Shown here piece by piece: positions 19,833 through 30,564 of a stretch of DNA of 64,000 nt. The notes below the pieces were generated by a model that saw only the letters and a program-made list of their open reading frames with translations, had not been told where the DNA came from and searched no databases. Origin of the DNA: an uncultured delta proteobacterium (GTDB lineage: Bacteria; Desulfobacterota; Binatia; Binatales; Binataceae); assembly GCA_963711565.1 (NCBI GenBank), contig CAVQEQ010000004.1, positions 1,344,001-1,408,000 on the forward strand. Reading direction: 5' to 3'. Position numbers and translations under genes: made by a program. How positions within the stretch are numbered: the stretch's first letter is position 1; each line of letters starts with the position of its first letter.

Positions 19833-20093
19833 GCTGCCGCATCTCTGCCGACCGAAAGAGGTTAGGATCTAGTTCGTTCGTCAGCCATCTTCTTCTTCCC
19901 ACCTGTCGTCGGTGACTCCGGGGCAGGCCCGTTGAACATTTAGACACCCTCCTCCGTCCAAGGAGACGACCACTCTTGGATACTGCCGAGGAGGGCTTCC
20001 TTCGGGATGACACGCGCAAGTGATCGATTCGCCGCTAGGCCAACCCCTGGCCCCTTCCCACGTAGGAGCGAGAACAATCGCCGGGGGGGCGCG

Positions 20094-20759
20094 ATGATAG
20101 ATACGTTGCGGGCGAGAGCTTTTCTCGCGCTGGGAAGGCCGGACGGCCGCCTCGGAATCTGGCTGTTGGGTCATCGCGAATACGTCGGCGGCGATTGGGA
20201 CGCGCTCGGGAAATTGCAGTTCGAATTCATGCTCAAGATGGGGTTGCAGCCGGCGCACGTCCTGCTGGACGTCGGATGCGGTGCACCGCGGGCGGGGGTG
20301 AAGTTCATCGAGTACCTCGACGACGGAAACTACCTCGGGCTCGACAGTGAAAAATGGCTCATTCAGATTGGAGTCAAGAAGGAACTGGGGACGGATCTAA
20401 GGCGGCGTAAATCGCCGCAGTTCGTAGCATCGAAAAGTTTCGCATTTGACCGATTTTCAAAGCGGCCCGACTACGCGATCGCGCAGTCACTGTTTACCCA
20501 TCTCGCCGAGCCAGACATCCGCCTATGCCTGGAGAAAATGCGGCGCTTCATCAATCCGGGAGGACGGTTCTACGCGACCTACTTCATTGCGGACGAGTCG
20601 CACGTCAACGAGTCGTCCCGCTCGCATTCGCGCCGCAGCTTCCGCTATCCGCGCGCGACGGTCGAAGACTTCGGCGTCGAAGCGGGATGGCGTCAACGAT
20701 ACATCGGCGACTGGGCGCATCCGCGCCGCCAGATGATGGTCGAGTACGTTGCGGACTAG
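20094..20759 (+). CDS. Class I SAM-dependent methyltransferase
   Basis: LLDVGCG, YLGLD, AQSLFTH, HPRRQMM. Confidence 0.8.
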   Translation: MIDTLRARAFLALGRPDGRLGIWLLGHREYVGGDWDALGKLQFEFMLKMGLQPAHVLLDVGCGAPRAGVKFIEYLDDGNYLGLDSEKWLIQIGVKKELGTDLRRRKSPQFVASKSFAFDRFSKRPDYAIAQSLFTHLAEPDIRLCLEKMRRFINPGGRFYATYFIADESHVNESSRSHSRRSFRYPRATVEDFGVEAGWRQRYIGDWAHPRRQMMVEYVAD

Positions 20760-20784
20760 CGCCCTGATCCGCTTGGAGCATCAC

Positions 20785-20859
20785 GCGCCCGACTGCGTTG
20801 ACAATAGCAATTTCAGCCGCCAAGCTTTTGCTCATTGCCCGTCAGGATGATCACTCGCG
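20785..20859 (+). promoter_or_regulatory. Duplicated sigma70-like promoter/leader (copy of 22709-22783) upstream of the acyltransferase
   Basis: TTGACA (20798-20803), 17 nt spacer, CAAGCT; ~75 bp near-identical to 22709-22783. Confidence 0.65.
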
Positions 20860-21031
20860 ATTCGGGGACGGCTCGGGTGAGGAGAATTGGTAGGGAGGGG
20901 TGCAGGATTCGGAGAAAGACCCGGGGTCCCTCGGCTCCGCGGATTCCGCTGGGGATGAAGCGATAAGGAAGATCCGGCGGCCGCGAGAGGATGTGGCCTC
21001 GGCTATCGGTGCCGAGCCCCGGCCGCGAAAC

Positions 21032-22180
21032 ATGCTGGCCTACAAATCGCTTCGCGGCACTGCGGCATCCGACCATCTCGATTTCGTGCGAGGAGTTGCA
21101 TCACTCGAAGTACTGCTCGGTCATTTGCGTGGCCTGTTTTTCGTAGAAATCGTGCACAACCCCAGCCCGCTTACCAGGATCGTATATTTCGCCACGGACT
21201 TCGGCCACGAAGCGGTAATGATCTTCTTCGTGCTGAGCGGATTTCTAATTGGTGGGACGGTGCTGCGCGGACGTATGGACAGGAATTTCAGTTGGAGCCT
21301 GTACACCACGAATCGGCTGACTCGTCTGTGGGTCGTGTTGATACCAGCTTTGTTCCTCGGCGCGGTTTGGGACCATGTCGGGATACACGTGTTTGGGACC
21401 TCGGGAATCTACGGACTGGCACCCGGCAGCACGGGAAGATACGCGGTGTTACCGCGGCTGTCGGGAAGTGTGATGCTTGGCAACGCGCTTTTCCTGCAAG
21501 GCATCCTGACTCCGACCTTTGGATCGAATGGACCGTTGTGGAGCTTGAGTTATGAATTCTGGTACTACGTGCTTTTTCCCCTGATAGTACTGGTCTATCC
21601 GGCGGAGAAGGTCGATTGGTCAACCGTTCTGTACGCGTACGCCACATTGATACTTGTGTTTTTTATAGGGCATCCCATTAGTTCCTATTTCCTGATCTGG
21701 CTCCTTGGCGCCGCGATAAATTTTGCGCCGGAAACGTCAGGCCGGTACGCCAGGGTCGGGATCGGGACCGCTGCCGTAGGACTGCTATCGGTTCTTGCCG
21801 GGATCAGACACATCCCAGGCATCGCGGGATATCTACCCGATCTTGCGGTTGGAGTTGCTTCGGCCGCTTTGGTATTTGCTCTGCTTCGCAGCCGCGCGAT
21901 GAGCAGGTCAGGACTATATTCCAGGATTGTGCGCAGGCTGGCCGGCTTTTCCTACACCCTCTATCTTGTGCATCTACCGGCGCTGATATTTATGAGCGCG
22001 TGGCTCGTTGCGGGACGACAATGGCAACCCGACGCAATCCACTTCATTGTGGTGGCAATCCTCGGCGTCTGCATGCTCGCATACGCATTCGGGATCGCTC
22101 AACTCACCGAATACCGGACCAGCGCAATCAGATCCCGCGTGACTGCCGCCCTTGGCAGCATCGGGAATCGCGCCACCTAA
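21032..22180 (+). CDS. Acyltransferase family 3 (OafA-like O-acyltransferase)
   Basis: LDFVRG, AVMIFFVLSGF, NGPLWSLSYE, FSYTLYLVH; visibly AT-richer than the flanks; ORF is open from 20900. Confidence 0.9.
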   Translation: MLAYKSLRGTAASDHLDFVRGVASLEVLLGHLRGLFFVEIVHNPSPLTRIVYFATDFGHEAVMIFFVLSGFLIGGTVLRGRMDRNFSWSLYTTNRLTRLWVVLIPALFLGAVWDHVGIHVFGTSGIYGLAPGSTGRYAVLPRLSGSVMLGNALFLQGILTPTFGSNGPLWSLSYEFWYYVLFPLIVLVYPAEKVDWSTVLYAYATLILVFFIGHPISSYFLIWLLGAAINFAPETSGRYARVGIGTAAVGLLSVLAGIRHIPGIAGYLPDLAVGVASAALVFALLRSRAMSRSGLYSRIVRRLAGFSYTLYLVHLPALIFMSAWLVAGRQWQPDAIHFIVVAILGVCMLAYAFGIAQLTEYRTSAIRSRVTAALGSIGNRAT

Positions 22181-22662
22181 TCCGCTTCGAGCATTACGAT
22201 TGCTGACGCGGCCATGCCCTCGCCGCGGCCTAGCGCGCCTAATCCTTCGGGGCTGGACGCTTTCACATTGACTCGCGATTGATCCGCGCCGAGCGCGGCG
22301 GCGAGACGCTCGCGCATCGCGTCGAGATGCGGTTTCAGCTTCGGCTGCTCCGCGAAGATCGTCAGGTCGGCATTGCCGAGCCGCCATCCTTGATCGCTCG
22401 CCAGTTTCCAGACGGATGCGAGCAGAGCGATCGAATCGGCGTTCTTGTACTTCGGATCGTTGTCAGGAAAATGCCGGCCTAAGTCGCCCGCGCCGATCGC
22501 GCCGAGGATCGCGTTGGCGAGCGCATGCGCCGCGACATCCGCGTCCGAATGCCCGCGGAGTCCCTTGTCGTGCTTGATTTCGACGCCGCCGAGCACGAGC
22601 TGGCGCCCCGCTTCGAGCGGATGAAAATCGAAGCCGTTGCCTACGCGATAACGCGTTGCCAT
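22177..22662 (-). CDS. ispF: 2-C-methyl-D-erythritol 2,4-cyclodiphosphate synthase
   Basis: GNGFDFH, GHSDAD, GDLGRHFP, NVKA, GRGEG. Confidence 0.95.
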   Translation of the reverse strand: MATRYRVGNGFDFHPLEAGRQLVLGGVEIKHDKGLRGHSDADVAAHALANAILGAIGAGDLGRHFPDNDPKYKNADSIALLASVWKLASDQGWRLGNADLTIFAEQPKLKPHLDAMRERLAAALGADQSRVNVKASSPEGLGALGRGEGMAASAIVMLEAD

Positions 22663-22721
22663 TGCGTCAACCCTCGCGCGCGAGCCCGGCAGGCGCATCA
22701 TTTGCGCTGCGCCCGACTGCG

Positions 22722-22750
22722 TTGACATTAGCTATTTCAGCCGCCAAGCT
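22722..22750 (+). promoter_or_regulatory. sigma70-like promoter of the small membrane protein gene
   Basis: TTGACA-N17-CAAGCT, followed by AGGAGG RBS and ATG at 22784. Confidence 0.55.
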
Positions 22751-22783
22751 TTTGCTCATTGCTCGTCAGGAGGATCGCTCGCA

Positions 22784-23074
22784 ATGCCCGCATTTGTGAA
22801 GAACCCGAAATTCATCGTCGGCACAATCGTGGTCGTGTGGGTGGCGTACGTCATTTACGCAAACTTCCAGATCGACATGGTCACCTTCTACCTGCTGCCC
22901 TTCAACATCCTGAAACTGCAGCTCAGGCTTTCGGCGGTGATAATCGGCGCCGCGATTTTCGGGTCCGTCGCGACGATCGTGATTCACTGGCTGTGGGTGC
23001 GCCCCTCGAACAGTTCGTCGGCCGCGACCGCGCCCACATCGCCGTCCACGCCCAGGAGCAGCACCGTCGCCTGA
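22784..23074 (+). CDS. Small two-TM membrane protein (LapA/DUF1049-like)
   Basis: Strong RBS; TM-N-x-V-x-F-TM pattern. Confidence 0.6.
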   Translation: MPAFVKNPKFIVGTIVVVWVAYVIYANFQIDMVTFYLLPFNILKLQLRLSAVIIGAAIFGSVATIVIHWLWVRPSNSSSAATAPTSPSTPRSSTVA

Positions 23075-24252
23075 GCGCCTGCCTTCAAAATAGTTTCAGT
23101 TGACGGGCCTATCAGCAGGCCGTCGGCGCGCGAGAGCGAGCTTAAAATCCCCGAGCCCTGGCTGCCGGTCGGCGTCGCAACGAAACCATCGGCGTCGCGC
23201 TCGACTGTGACCCGCACGAACTCAGTCAGGTCTTTGGAGATTTTGATATCGACGCCGCATCGCGCGATGACGCGCGGGAGACCAACGCGCCGCCTCCCAG
23301 CCATCTTGAGTAGCGCGGGCCGTGCGTACAGATAGAAGCAGACCAGCGTCGAGACGGGATTGCCCGGCAGACCGAAGATCGGGCGGTAGTCTACCGTGCC
23401 GAATTTCAGTGGGCGCCCGGGCTTCTGCGCGACGCCGTGAAACAGTTGGCGCATCCCGAGTTCGTCGAGCGCGCCTTTGACGTGATCGAACTGCCCTACC
23501 GACACGCCGCCGGTCGAGAGTACCGCGTCGAAGGTCATCGCCTCGGTTAGGCGCTCGCGAATCTCACGCGCGTCGTCGCGCGCCACCTTGAGGATGACAG
23601 CCTCGGCGCCGGCTTCGCGTACCGCGCCGGCGAGCGCATACGCACTCGAGTTGACGACCTGCGCGCCGACCGGCGCTTGATCAACGTCAACCAGTTCGTC
23701 GCCGGTGGCAACGATTGCGACGCGCGGGCGGCGAATGACTTCCACCATCGCGCGATTCACCGACGCAATCGTCCCAAGGTCGGCGGGCGTGAGAATTTTG
23801 CCCGCGGACATCACCAATTCGCCGAGCCGCAAATCCTCGCCGCGCGGCCGGATGAATGCGCCCTTCTCGACGGCGGCGAGAAACTCGACGACATCTCCGC
23901 TGCCGCGCGTGCGCTCGACCGGGATAATCGCATCCGCCCCTTCCGCGATCGGCGCGCCGGTCATCGTACGGACCGCCTCGCCCGCGCTGACGCGACGCGT
24001 CGGCATCTGGCCCGCGCCGATAGTCTCTACGACCTTCAGCTTGACCGGGCTCGCCTCCGACGCCTTGGCAAAATCGGCGGCGCGCACAGCGAACCCGTCC
24101 ATCGCGGAGTTGTCGAATCCGGGGATATCGCGCGACGACCTGATCTCTTCGCCGAGCACGCGCCCCAGCGCCTCGAGAATCGGCACACGCTCGACGCCGA
24201 GCGCCGCGACATTTTCAAGAACGATCCGGAGAGCCTGGTCAGCGCTAATCAT
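22984..24252 (-). CDS. moeA: Molybdopterin molybdotransferase
   Basis: DNSAMDG, MTGAP, TGDEL, GGVSVG, GLPGNPVS. Confidence 0.95.
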   Translation of the reverse strand: MISADQALRIVLENVAALGVERVPILEALGRVLGEEIRSSRDIPGFDNSAMDGFAVRAADFAKASEASPVKLKVVETIGAGQMPTRRVSAGEAVRTMTGAPIAEGADAIIPVERTRGSGDVVEFLAAVEKGAFIRPRGEDLRLGELVMSAGKILTPADLGTIASVNRAMVEVIRRPRVAIVATGDELVDVDQAPVGAQVVNSSAYALAGAVREAGAEAVILKVARDDAREIRERLTEAMTFDAVLSTGGVSVGQFDHVKGALDELGMRQLFHGVAQKPGRPLKFGTVDYRPIFGLPGNPVSTLVCFYLYARPALLKMAGRRRVGLPRVIARCGVDIKISKDLTEFVRVTVERDADGFVATPTGSQGSGILSSLSRADGLLIGPSTETILKAGAQATVLLLGVDGDVGAVAADELFEGRTHSQ

Positions 24253-24336
24253 AACGCAGAAAGGATACGCCGCTTGAGATCGGGAATGAACCTACGACCA
24301 GCAAATGCCGGTCCCGCGCAGGGTGCGAAAAGAGCC

Positions 24337-25311
24337 CTAAAGAGAGGGGTGGGTATACGAGGATTCTACGGGAACGCGGACGCTGTAGGAGCGCTCGTTC
24401 GGCGGCACGACGTCGCGCAGCAGCGCCGGGTTGAGTTCACGCAAGCGCTCCAGAGTCGTCCCGTGATCCAGCGCGACGCGGCTGAGCGGGGTGCCGCCGC
24501 GAACGTCCAGCATCTGGAAGGCCGGCGGATCATCGAGCTTTATCGGCGTGATTCCGTAGCTGTCAGCATGATGCGCGATATACGCGACGGCCATGAAACG
24601 TCCCATCAGCCCGCGCGTCCGTCGCGGCAGCCGGCTCCCGAACCGCTCCATGTCACGACCGCGAAGCGACCAGTAACGATTGATGGCGCGGTCGCCGTTG
24701 TTCCATGCGACGAGAGTCATCGGCCAGTCGTCGCCGGCTTCGTCGTGCAAGGTCGCCAGATACTCGGCCGCCGCCTTGGTGGACATCACGGGGTCGCGGC
24801 GCTCGTCAACATAGTTGTCGATTTTTAGGCCGAAGCGCTTCGCAGTTTCGGAATTGAATTGCCAGGGACCCTTGCCGCGCTTGGAAAATTCGCTTTCAGC
24901 GAAAGCCAGGTAAACCAGGTCGTCGGGGAGGCCGTAGCTGCGCAGCACCTTGACCATATCAGGCAGGTAGGGGTGACTACGGTCGAAGGTATCCTGCAGA
25001 TGGTCGGGAGAGCTCATGAAGTCCGACACGTAGCGACGAACTGCCTGATTAAGCTGAATCGGGAACGGCGGAACAGCCTCAGGCAATGGCATCACGTAGG
25101 GCGAGGGAATCGGCTGTGCGCCGGCTTCCGCTGGAGTCTCCAACTCGAAACCCGTGATTTGCTGCGGCGAGCTGGGAGTTGTGCTATCCGTCGCTGCCGG
25201 AACCGCCGATCCAAAGTCTTCGGCGTTTGCACGAGTGGACGCCCATCCGGCGAGAATCAGGACCGCCATCAGGACAACAAGCACTCGATAGATAAAGTTA
25301 GACTTACGCAT
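24337..25311 (-). CDS. Lytic transglycosylase (SLT, MltD-like) with LysM-like C-terminus
   Basis: LAFAES, GPWQF, DERRDP, AWNNG, LRELNPAL; signal peptide. Confidence 0.85.
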   Translation of the reverse strand: MRKSNFIYRVLVVLMAVLILAGWASTRANAEDFGSAVPAATDSTTPSSPQQITGFELETPAEAGAQPIPSPYVMPLPEAVPPFPIQLNQAVRRYVSDFMSSPDHLQDTFDRSHPYLPDMVKVLRSYGLPDDLVYLAFAESEFSKRGKGPWQFNSETAKRFGLKIDNYVDERRDPVMSTKAAAEYLATLHDEAGDDWPMTLVAWNNGDRAINRYWSLRGRDMERFGSRLPRRTRGLMGRFMAVAYIAHHADSYGITPIKLDDPPAFQMLDVRGGTPLSRVALDHGTTLERLRELNPALLRDVVPPNERSYSVRVPVESSYTHPSL

Positions 25312-25545
25312 TCTCCCCCGAGAAAGATGAGCCCAACCGTACCGACCGAAACGACCGCGATCAACCAATTCGAGGTGGATAATCCATTAAAAAGTCTAAT
25401 AGTGGACCTTGTAATTCTTAATAAATGCTTGCAAATGCTCACGAATCTTGAAGCTGGATGGCGGCAATATTCGTTACGTCAATTTCAGCCAATCTAGTCG
25501 TTTATGTTACGGTGACTGCCGATGGCCTGAAAAGCGGGAACAAAT

Positions 25546-26646
25546 TTGAACCTCTGGCACGACATCATCGACAGTCTGACCGACGCGATCATCGTGCTTT
25601 CACCTGCCATGGAACCCCAGGTGGTCAATCCCGCCGCAGAAACGATGCTCGGGGTTTCCCAGGTCAACACCGCGATGGTCGCCGACCTCGTGCGCCAAAA
25701 CGATTGGCTCGGGCGGATGGTCGGGGCATGCCTCGAGAGCGGTCACGACTTGGGCGACATGGAGACCGTGCTGACCGCAGGCCCACGCGAGGTCGCCGTT
25801 CGCGTCGAGGTCTCGCCCCTGCTGAATGCCGAGGGACGCCCCGGCGGCGTCATCATTCTGCTTCATGACCTGTCCCACGAAAAGGAGGCGGCCGAGGCTG
25901 CCGTTACCGGCGACCTGAGCTTGCGCCTGTCTCCCGCCGGCCTCGCGCATGAGGTCAAGAATCCGCTGACCGGCATCAAGGGCGCCGCCGAACTGATCGC
26001 CGGGATGTTTCCCGAGGACGCCCGCGCGCAGCAGTACTGCAGCGTGATCCTCGACGGCGTCAACCGCATCGCGTCGCTCGTCGAGCAGGTCTTGATGGTC
26101 AGCGGACCGCAGCGCCTCGCGCAGGAGCCGGTCAACATCCACATGGTGCTGCATCAGGCGATGCGGATGGCGGGGCTGTTCCCGCAGCCGCCCGAGGGCG
26201 TCGTCGTGGTGCAGGATTTCGACCCCAGCCTGCCCGATGTGATGGGAGACACAGCAGCCCTGGAACGAACGTTCCTCAACCTCATAAAGAATGCGGCGGA
26301 AGCGATCGGCGAGTCGGGCACGATTCGGCTGCATACGCGAATCGAGCGCGAATTCAGGATGACCGCCGAGGGGCGCCGCCGCCAGTTCCTGCGAGTCGAG
26401 GTCAGCGACAGCGGCGTCGGCATCGCGGAGGACCAGCTAGCCCAGCTCTTCACCCCGTTCTTCACGACGAAGCCCGCCGGCACCGGCCTGGGTCTCGTGC
26501 TATGCCAGCGAATCATCGCGCTGCACGGCGGTCGCCTGTGGGCGCAGCGAGGCGGCGTCAACCGCGTGAAAGGCACGGCGGCCTCTCACGGCATGACGTT
26601 CAAGGTGACGCTCCCGATGATGCCGACTGACAAGCGCCCGCAATAG
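25546..26646 (+). CDS. PAS sensor histidine kinase, NtrB/GlnL-like
   Basis: PAS domain, GLAHEVKNPLTGIKGAA, FDPSLP, NLIKNA, FFTTK, GTGLGL. Confidence 0.88.
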   Translation: MNLWHDIIDSLTDAIIVLSPAMEPQVVNPAAETMLGVSQVNTAMVADLVRQNDWLGRMVGACLESGHDLGDMETVLTAGPREVAVRVEVSPLLNAEGRPGGVIILLHDLSHEKEAAEAAVTGDLSLRLSPAGLAHEVKNPLTGIKGAAELIAGMFPEDARAQQYCSVILDGVNRIASLVEQVLMVSGPQRLAQEPVNIHMVLHQAMRMAGLFPQPPEGVVVVQDFDPSLPDVMGDTAALERTFLNLIKNAAEAIGESGTIRLHTRIEREFRMTAEGRRRQFLRVEVSDSGVGIAEDQLAQLFTPFFTTKPAGTGLGLVLCQRIIALHGGRLWAQRGGVNRVKGTAASHGMTFKVTLPMMPTDKRPQ

Positions 26647-26660
26647 GCCGACCTGAACCG

Positions 26661-27650
26661 TTAAGAGCGCGACAGCCCGATAAGTTGTTCGCTCAGTTTC
26701 CACAGACGATCCGCTGCATCCGGGTCAAGCGCGTGCGGCATCACGCCCAGCGCCATCGATCCGAACGGGTTCGCGGCCAACTCCCCGGTCACCAGCGGCG
26801 CAATGTCGCAATTGTGGCAATACACTCCGCCGATGCCGTTGAGCTGCGGACTCGTCGCGCACCAGACGGTCGTCGCGGCGCCCTGTTCCACCGTCTTCTG
26901 ATTCTTCGCCGGGTCGATGATCGGATTCCCGCCCTCATCAACGAGCCCCACCGCGCGAAGCACCTCCGGCGGGACGTACTTGGACAGACCCGTGGCGACT
27001 ATGCTGCCCGGATGCAGCGAGAAGGCGCGGACGCCATCCGCCTTGCCCCGCTCGTCCAGCGCCAGCGCGAACAGGATATTCGCCGTCTTCGACTGCCCAT
27101 ACGCCATCCACGGAATATACTCGCGATGCTCAAAATTGATGTCCTCGAACATCATCGGCGACCGGCTATGCGCCCACGCCGAAACCGCCACCACCCTCGC
27201 GCCGTTCGCTTTGCGCAGTGCCGGCCAAAGTCGCATCGCGAGCTGGAAATGCCCTACATGGTTCGTCGCGAAGTGAAATTCCAACCCGCGCGCATCGCGC
27301 GCCAACGGCGCACCTGCTATTCCAGCGCTGTTAACGAGAATGTGCAGCGGCCTGCCCGACGCAATGAATCTTTCGGCGAAAGCGTCGATCAAGGCCGGCT
27401 TGAGCAAGTCCATCTCGTCGATCTCGACGTTTATTCCATCCAGCGCACGTATCGCCTTCTCGCGATCGCGCGTCGGAACGATCACACTGGCGCCAGCGCG
27501 CCCCAGCACCCGTGCAGTTTCCAGCCCGATGCCGGAATAGCCGCCGGTCACGATCGCAACCTTGCCCGACAAGTCGATCCCCTTTATTACGTCGGCCGCG
27601 GTTGACGCCGCGCCAAACCCCGATCCGATCGGTTTCTGCAAAGTCGCCAT
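26661..27650 (-). CDS. SDR family oxidoreductase
   Basis: TGGYSGIG, NSAG, YGQSK, LHPG. Confidence 0.92.
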   Translation of the reverse strand: MATLQKPIGSGFGAASTAADVIKGIDLSGKVAIVTGGYSGIGLETARVLGRAGASVIVPTRDREKAIRALDGINVEIDEMDLLKPALIDAFAERFIASGRPLHILVNSAGIAGAPLARDARGLEFHFATNHVGHFQLAMRLWPALRKANGARVVAVSAWAHSRSPMMFEDINFEHREYIPWMAYGQSKTANILFALALDERGKADGVRAFSLHPGSIVATGLSKYVPPEVLRAVGLVDEGGNPIIDPAKNQKTVEQGAATTVWCATSPQLNGIGGVYCHNCDIAPLVTGELAANPFGSMALGVMPHALDPDAADRLWKLSEQLIGLSRS

Positions 27651-27685
27651 CGTACTTGACTCCTGGATCAGAATCCTCCGCCCGC

Positions 27686-27714
27686 TTGACATCATTTAGA
27701 TGATTAGCTAAATG
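27686..27714 (+). promoter_or_regulatory. Promoter with overlapping palindromic operator (ArsR/SdpR autorepression site)
   Basis: TTGACA at 27686; inverted repeat CATTTAG-N8-CTAAATG at 27693-27714; ATG at 27722, suggesting a leaderless mRNA. Confidence 0.65.
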
Positions 27715-27721
27715 TCTATCC

Positions 27722-28045
27722 ATGCCCGGGGTGTTCAAAGCTCTCGCTGATCCTACGCGGCGGCGCGTTCTCCAACTTCTGCGGAAGAAGCCGATGACGG
27801 CTGGAGAACTCTCGGAGCACTTTGCGGTTTCCAAACCGACCATGTCGGCGCACTTCGCAGCGCTGCGCGAGGCGAACCTTGTCTATGCCGAGAAGTCCGG
27901 CAAGTCGATCACCTACCATCTGAGACTCTCGGTGCTCGAAGAAGCGCTGATGGGCTTTGCGCAGACCTTTGGACTGGGCTCGGAGGCCGATGGCGCGCAA
28001 GCCGAAACGAAACCCACAGCTACGAAGGAGGAAATCTCACAATGA
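27722..28045 (+). CDS. ArsR/SmtB family repressor, SdpR-like
   Basis: FKALADPTRR, MTAGEL, SKPTMSAHF, SVLEE. Confidence 0.9.
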   Translation: MPGVFKALADPTRRRVLQLLRKKPMTAGELSEHFAVSKPTMSAHFAALREANLVYAEKSGKSITYHLRLSVLEEALMGFAQTFGLGSEADGAQAETKPTATKEEISQ

Positions 28046-28413
28046 CTACTCGGATCACGTCCAACCTGGCGCTGGCCGGACTCTTGATAGCGGTCTCGAC
28101 CGGTCTTGCGTTTCTCCAGAGGCATGGCGTCGTCGGCGCCGAAGCAGCTACGCGAGGGGCGATGGTACTTACCGGTATTCTGCTGGCGGTCTATGGAAAC
28201 GTGATTCCCAAATCTCTTTCGCGATTGTCCGCAAGGGGCGAGTCCCTTCAGCGTGTTACCGGCTGGGCAACCGTCATCTCGGGGATCGGCTATGCCGCAA
28301 TCTGGGCCTTTGCCCCAATCGAGATTGCCGCGGTCGCATCGATGTGCGCCGTTGCGATCGGTTTCGTCTTCGTAGTCGGCTATTGCGTATGGCTCCGCTC
28401 GATTCCGGCGTAG
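28042..28413 (+). CDS. Four-TM membrane protein, SdpI-like
   Basis: YGNVIPK motif; translationally coupled to the SdpR-like gene. Confidence 0.65.
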   Translation: MTTRITSNLALAGLLIAVSTGLAFLQRHGVVGAEAATRGAMVLTGILLAVYGNVIPKSLSRLSARGESLQRVTGWATVISGIGYAAIWAFAPIEIAAVASMCAVAIGFVFVVGYCVWLRSIPA

Positions 28414-28446
28414 GCTTAGATCTCTGGACATGGCGGCGTCGCTCGC

Positions 28447-29469
<1,023 letters not shown>

Positions 29470-29527
29470 TCATCCATCCGGACTGTGAATACTTGAAAGT
29501 CCGCATAACCTGCGCGATAGTACGAAA

Positions 29528-30493
29528 ATGGCCACTGACCCTTTCTCCGACATCCTCAAGCTTACCAACGCCGAAACCGTCGTCTCGGGCGGCTTCACAG
29601 CGGGAGGCACATGGGCGATCCGCTTCCCCAAGCTGGAAAAAATCATGTTCTCCGCGATCGTGAAGGGCAGTTGCTGGCTATGCGTCGAGGGCTTCGAGGC
29701 GCCCGTCCACGCCGATGCGAACGACGTGATTTTGCTTTCGGCGCAGCGGCCCTTCGTTCTCGCCGGCGATTTGTCGGCCGTCCCAATCGACGCGGAAGTT
29801 TTGTTCGCCGGCAAGGCGAGCAGGATCGCTAAACTGGGCGACAGCGAGGACTGCATTCAGATCGGCGGCTATGTGCGCCTCGACCCTGCCAGCGGAGGCC
29901 TGCTCGCCGACGTCCTGCCGCCGCTGATCCACGTTCACGGCACTTCGCCGCATACGACGGTCTTGCGATGGCTCCTCGATCAGCTCGTCCGCGAGCGCGC
30001 GGCTGAACTTCCGGGGTCCACTCTCGCTTCAGCGCAACTCGCCCAGCTCATGCTCGTGGAGATTTTGCGCGCTTACCTCGAGACCTCCGGTCCGTTGCCC
30101 ACCGGATGGCTCCGCGCGGTCGCCGACAGGCGGCTCGCCCCCGCGCTCCGCCTGATGCATGCCGAGCCCGGCCGCGCGTGGCAGCTCGGAGAGCTGGCGA
30201 GAGCCGCCGCGATGTCGCGGACCACTTTCGCGCAGTATTTCAAAATGGTCGCCGGAATCTCGCCGCTCGCGTACCTGACGAAATGGCGGATGCGCCTGGC
30301 CGAGCGCGCACTCCGCGAAGAACCCACTTCTGTTTCAGCCCTCGCGGGCCAGCTCGGTTATACGTCCGAGAGCGCGTTCAGCAACGCCTTCAAACGCGTG
30401 ACCGGCAACGCCCCGAGACGTTACCGCTTGGCGGCGCGGACGGCGGTGTCCGGCAGGATAGTCTCGACGCCTGCGCCGGAACGGGCTCTATAA
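29528..30493 (+). CDS. AraC family regulator (Cupin_6 + HTH)
   Basis: MSRTTF, YLTKWRM, GYTSESAFSNAFKR; divergent from the AKR gene. Confidence 0.92.
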   Translation: MATDPFSDILKLTNAETVVSGGFTAGGTWAIRFPKLEKIMFSAIVKGSCWLCVEGFEAPVHADANDVILLSAQRPFVLAGDLSAVPIDAEVLFAGKASRIAKLGDSEDCIQIGGYVRLDPASGGLLADVLPPLIHVHGTSPHTTVLRWLLDQLVRERAAELPGSTLASAQLAQLMLVEILRAYLETSGPLPTGWLRAVADRRLAPALRLMHAEPGRAWQLGELARAAAMSRTTFAQYFKMVAGISPLAYLTKWRMRLAERALREEPTSVSALAGQLGYTSESAFSNAFKRVTGNAPRRYRLAARTAVSGRIVSTPAPERAL

Positions 30494-30564
30494 CGTGTAG
30501 CGCCGGAGGAAAGGACCGACGCTCATCGGAGACTGCTGTTCCACACTGCCCGCCATCCGCCCGC

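Noticed and set aside
19990-20015. SRP RNA core (minus strand GTCATCCCGAAGGAAGC)
   Set aside because: It lacks the conserved CAGG and AGCA internal-loop bases and the long flanking helix.
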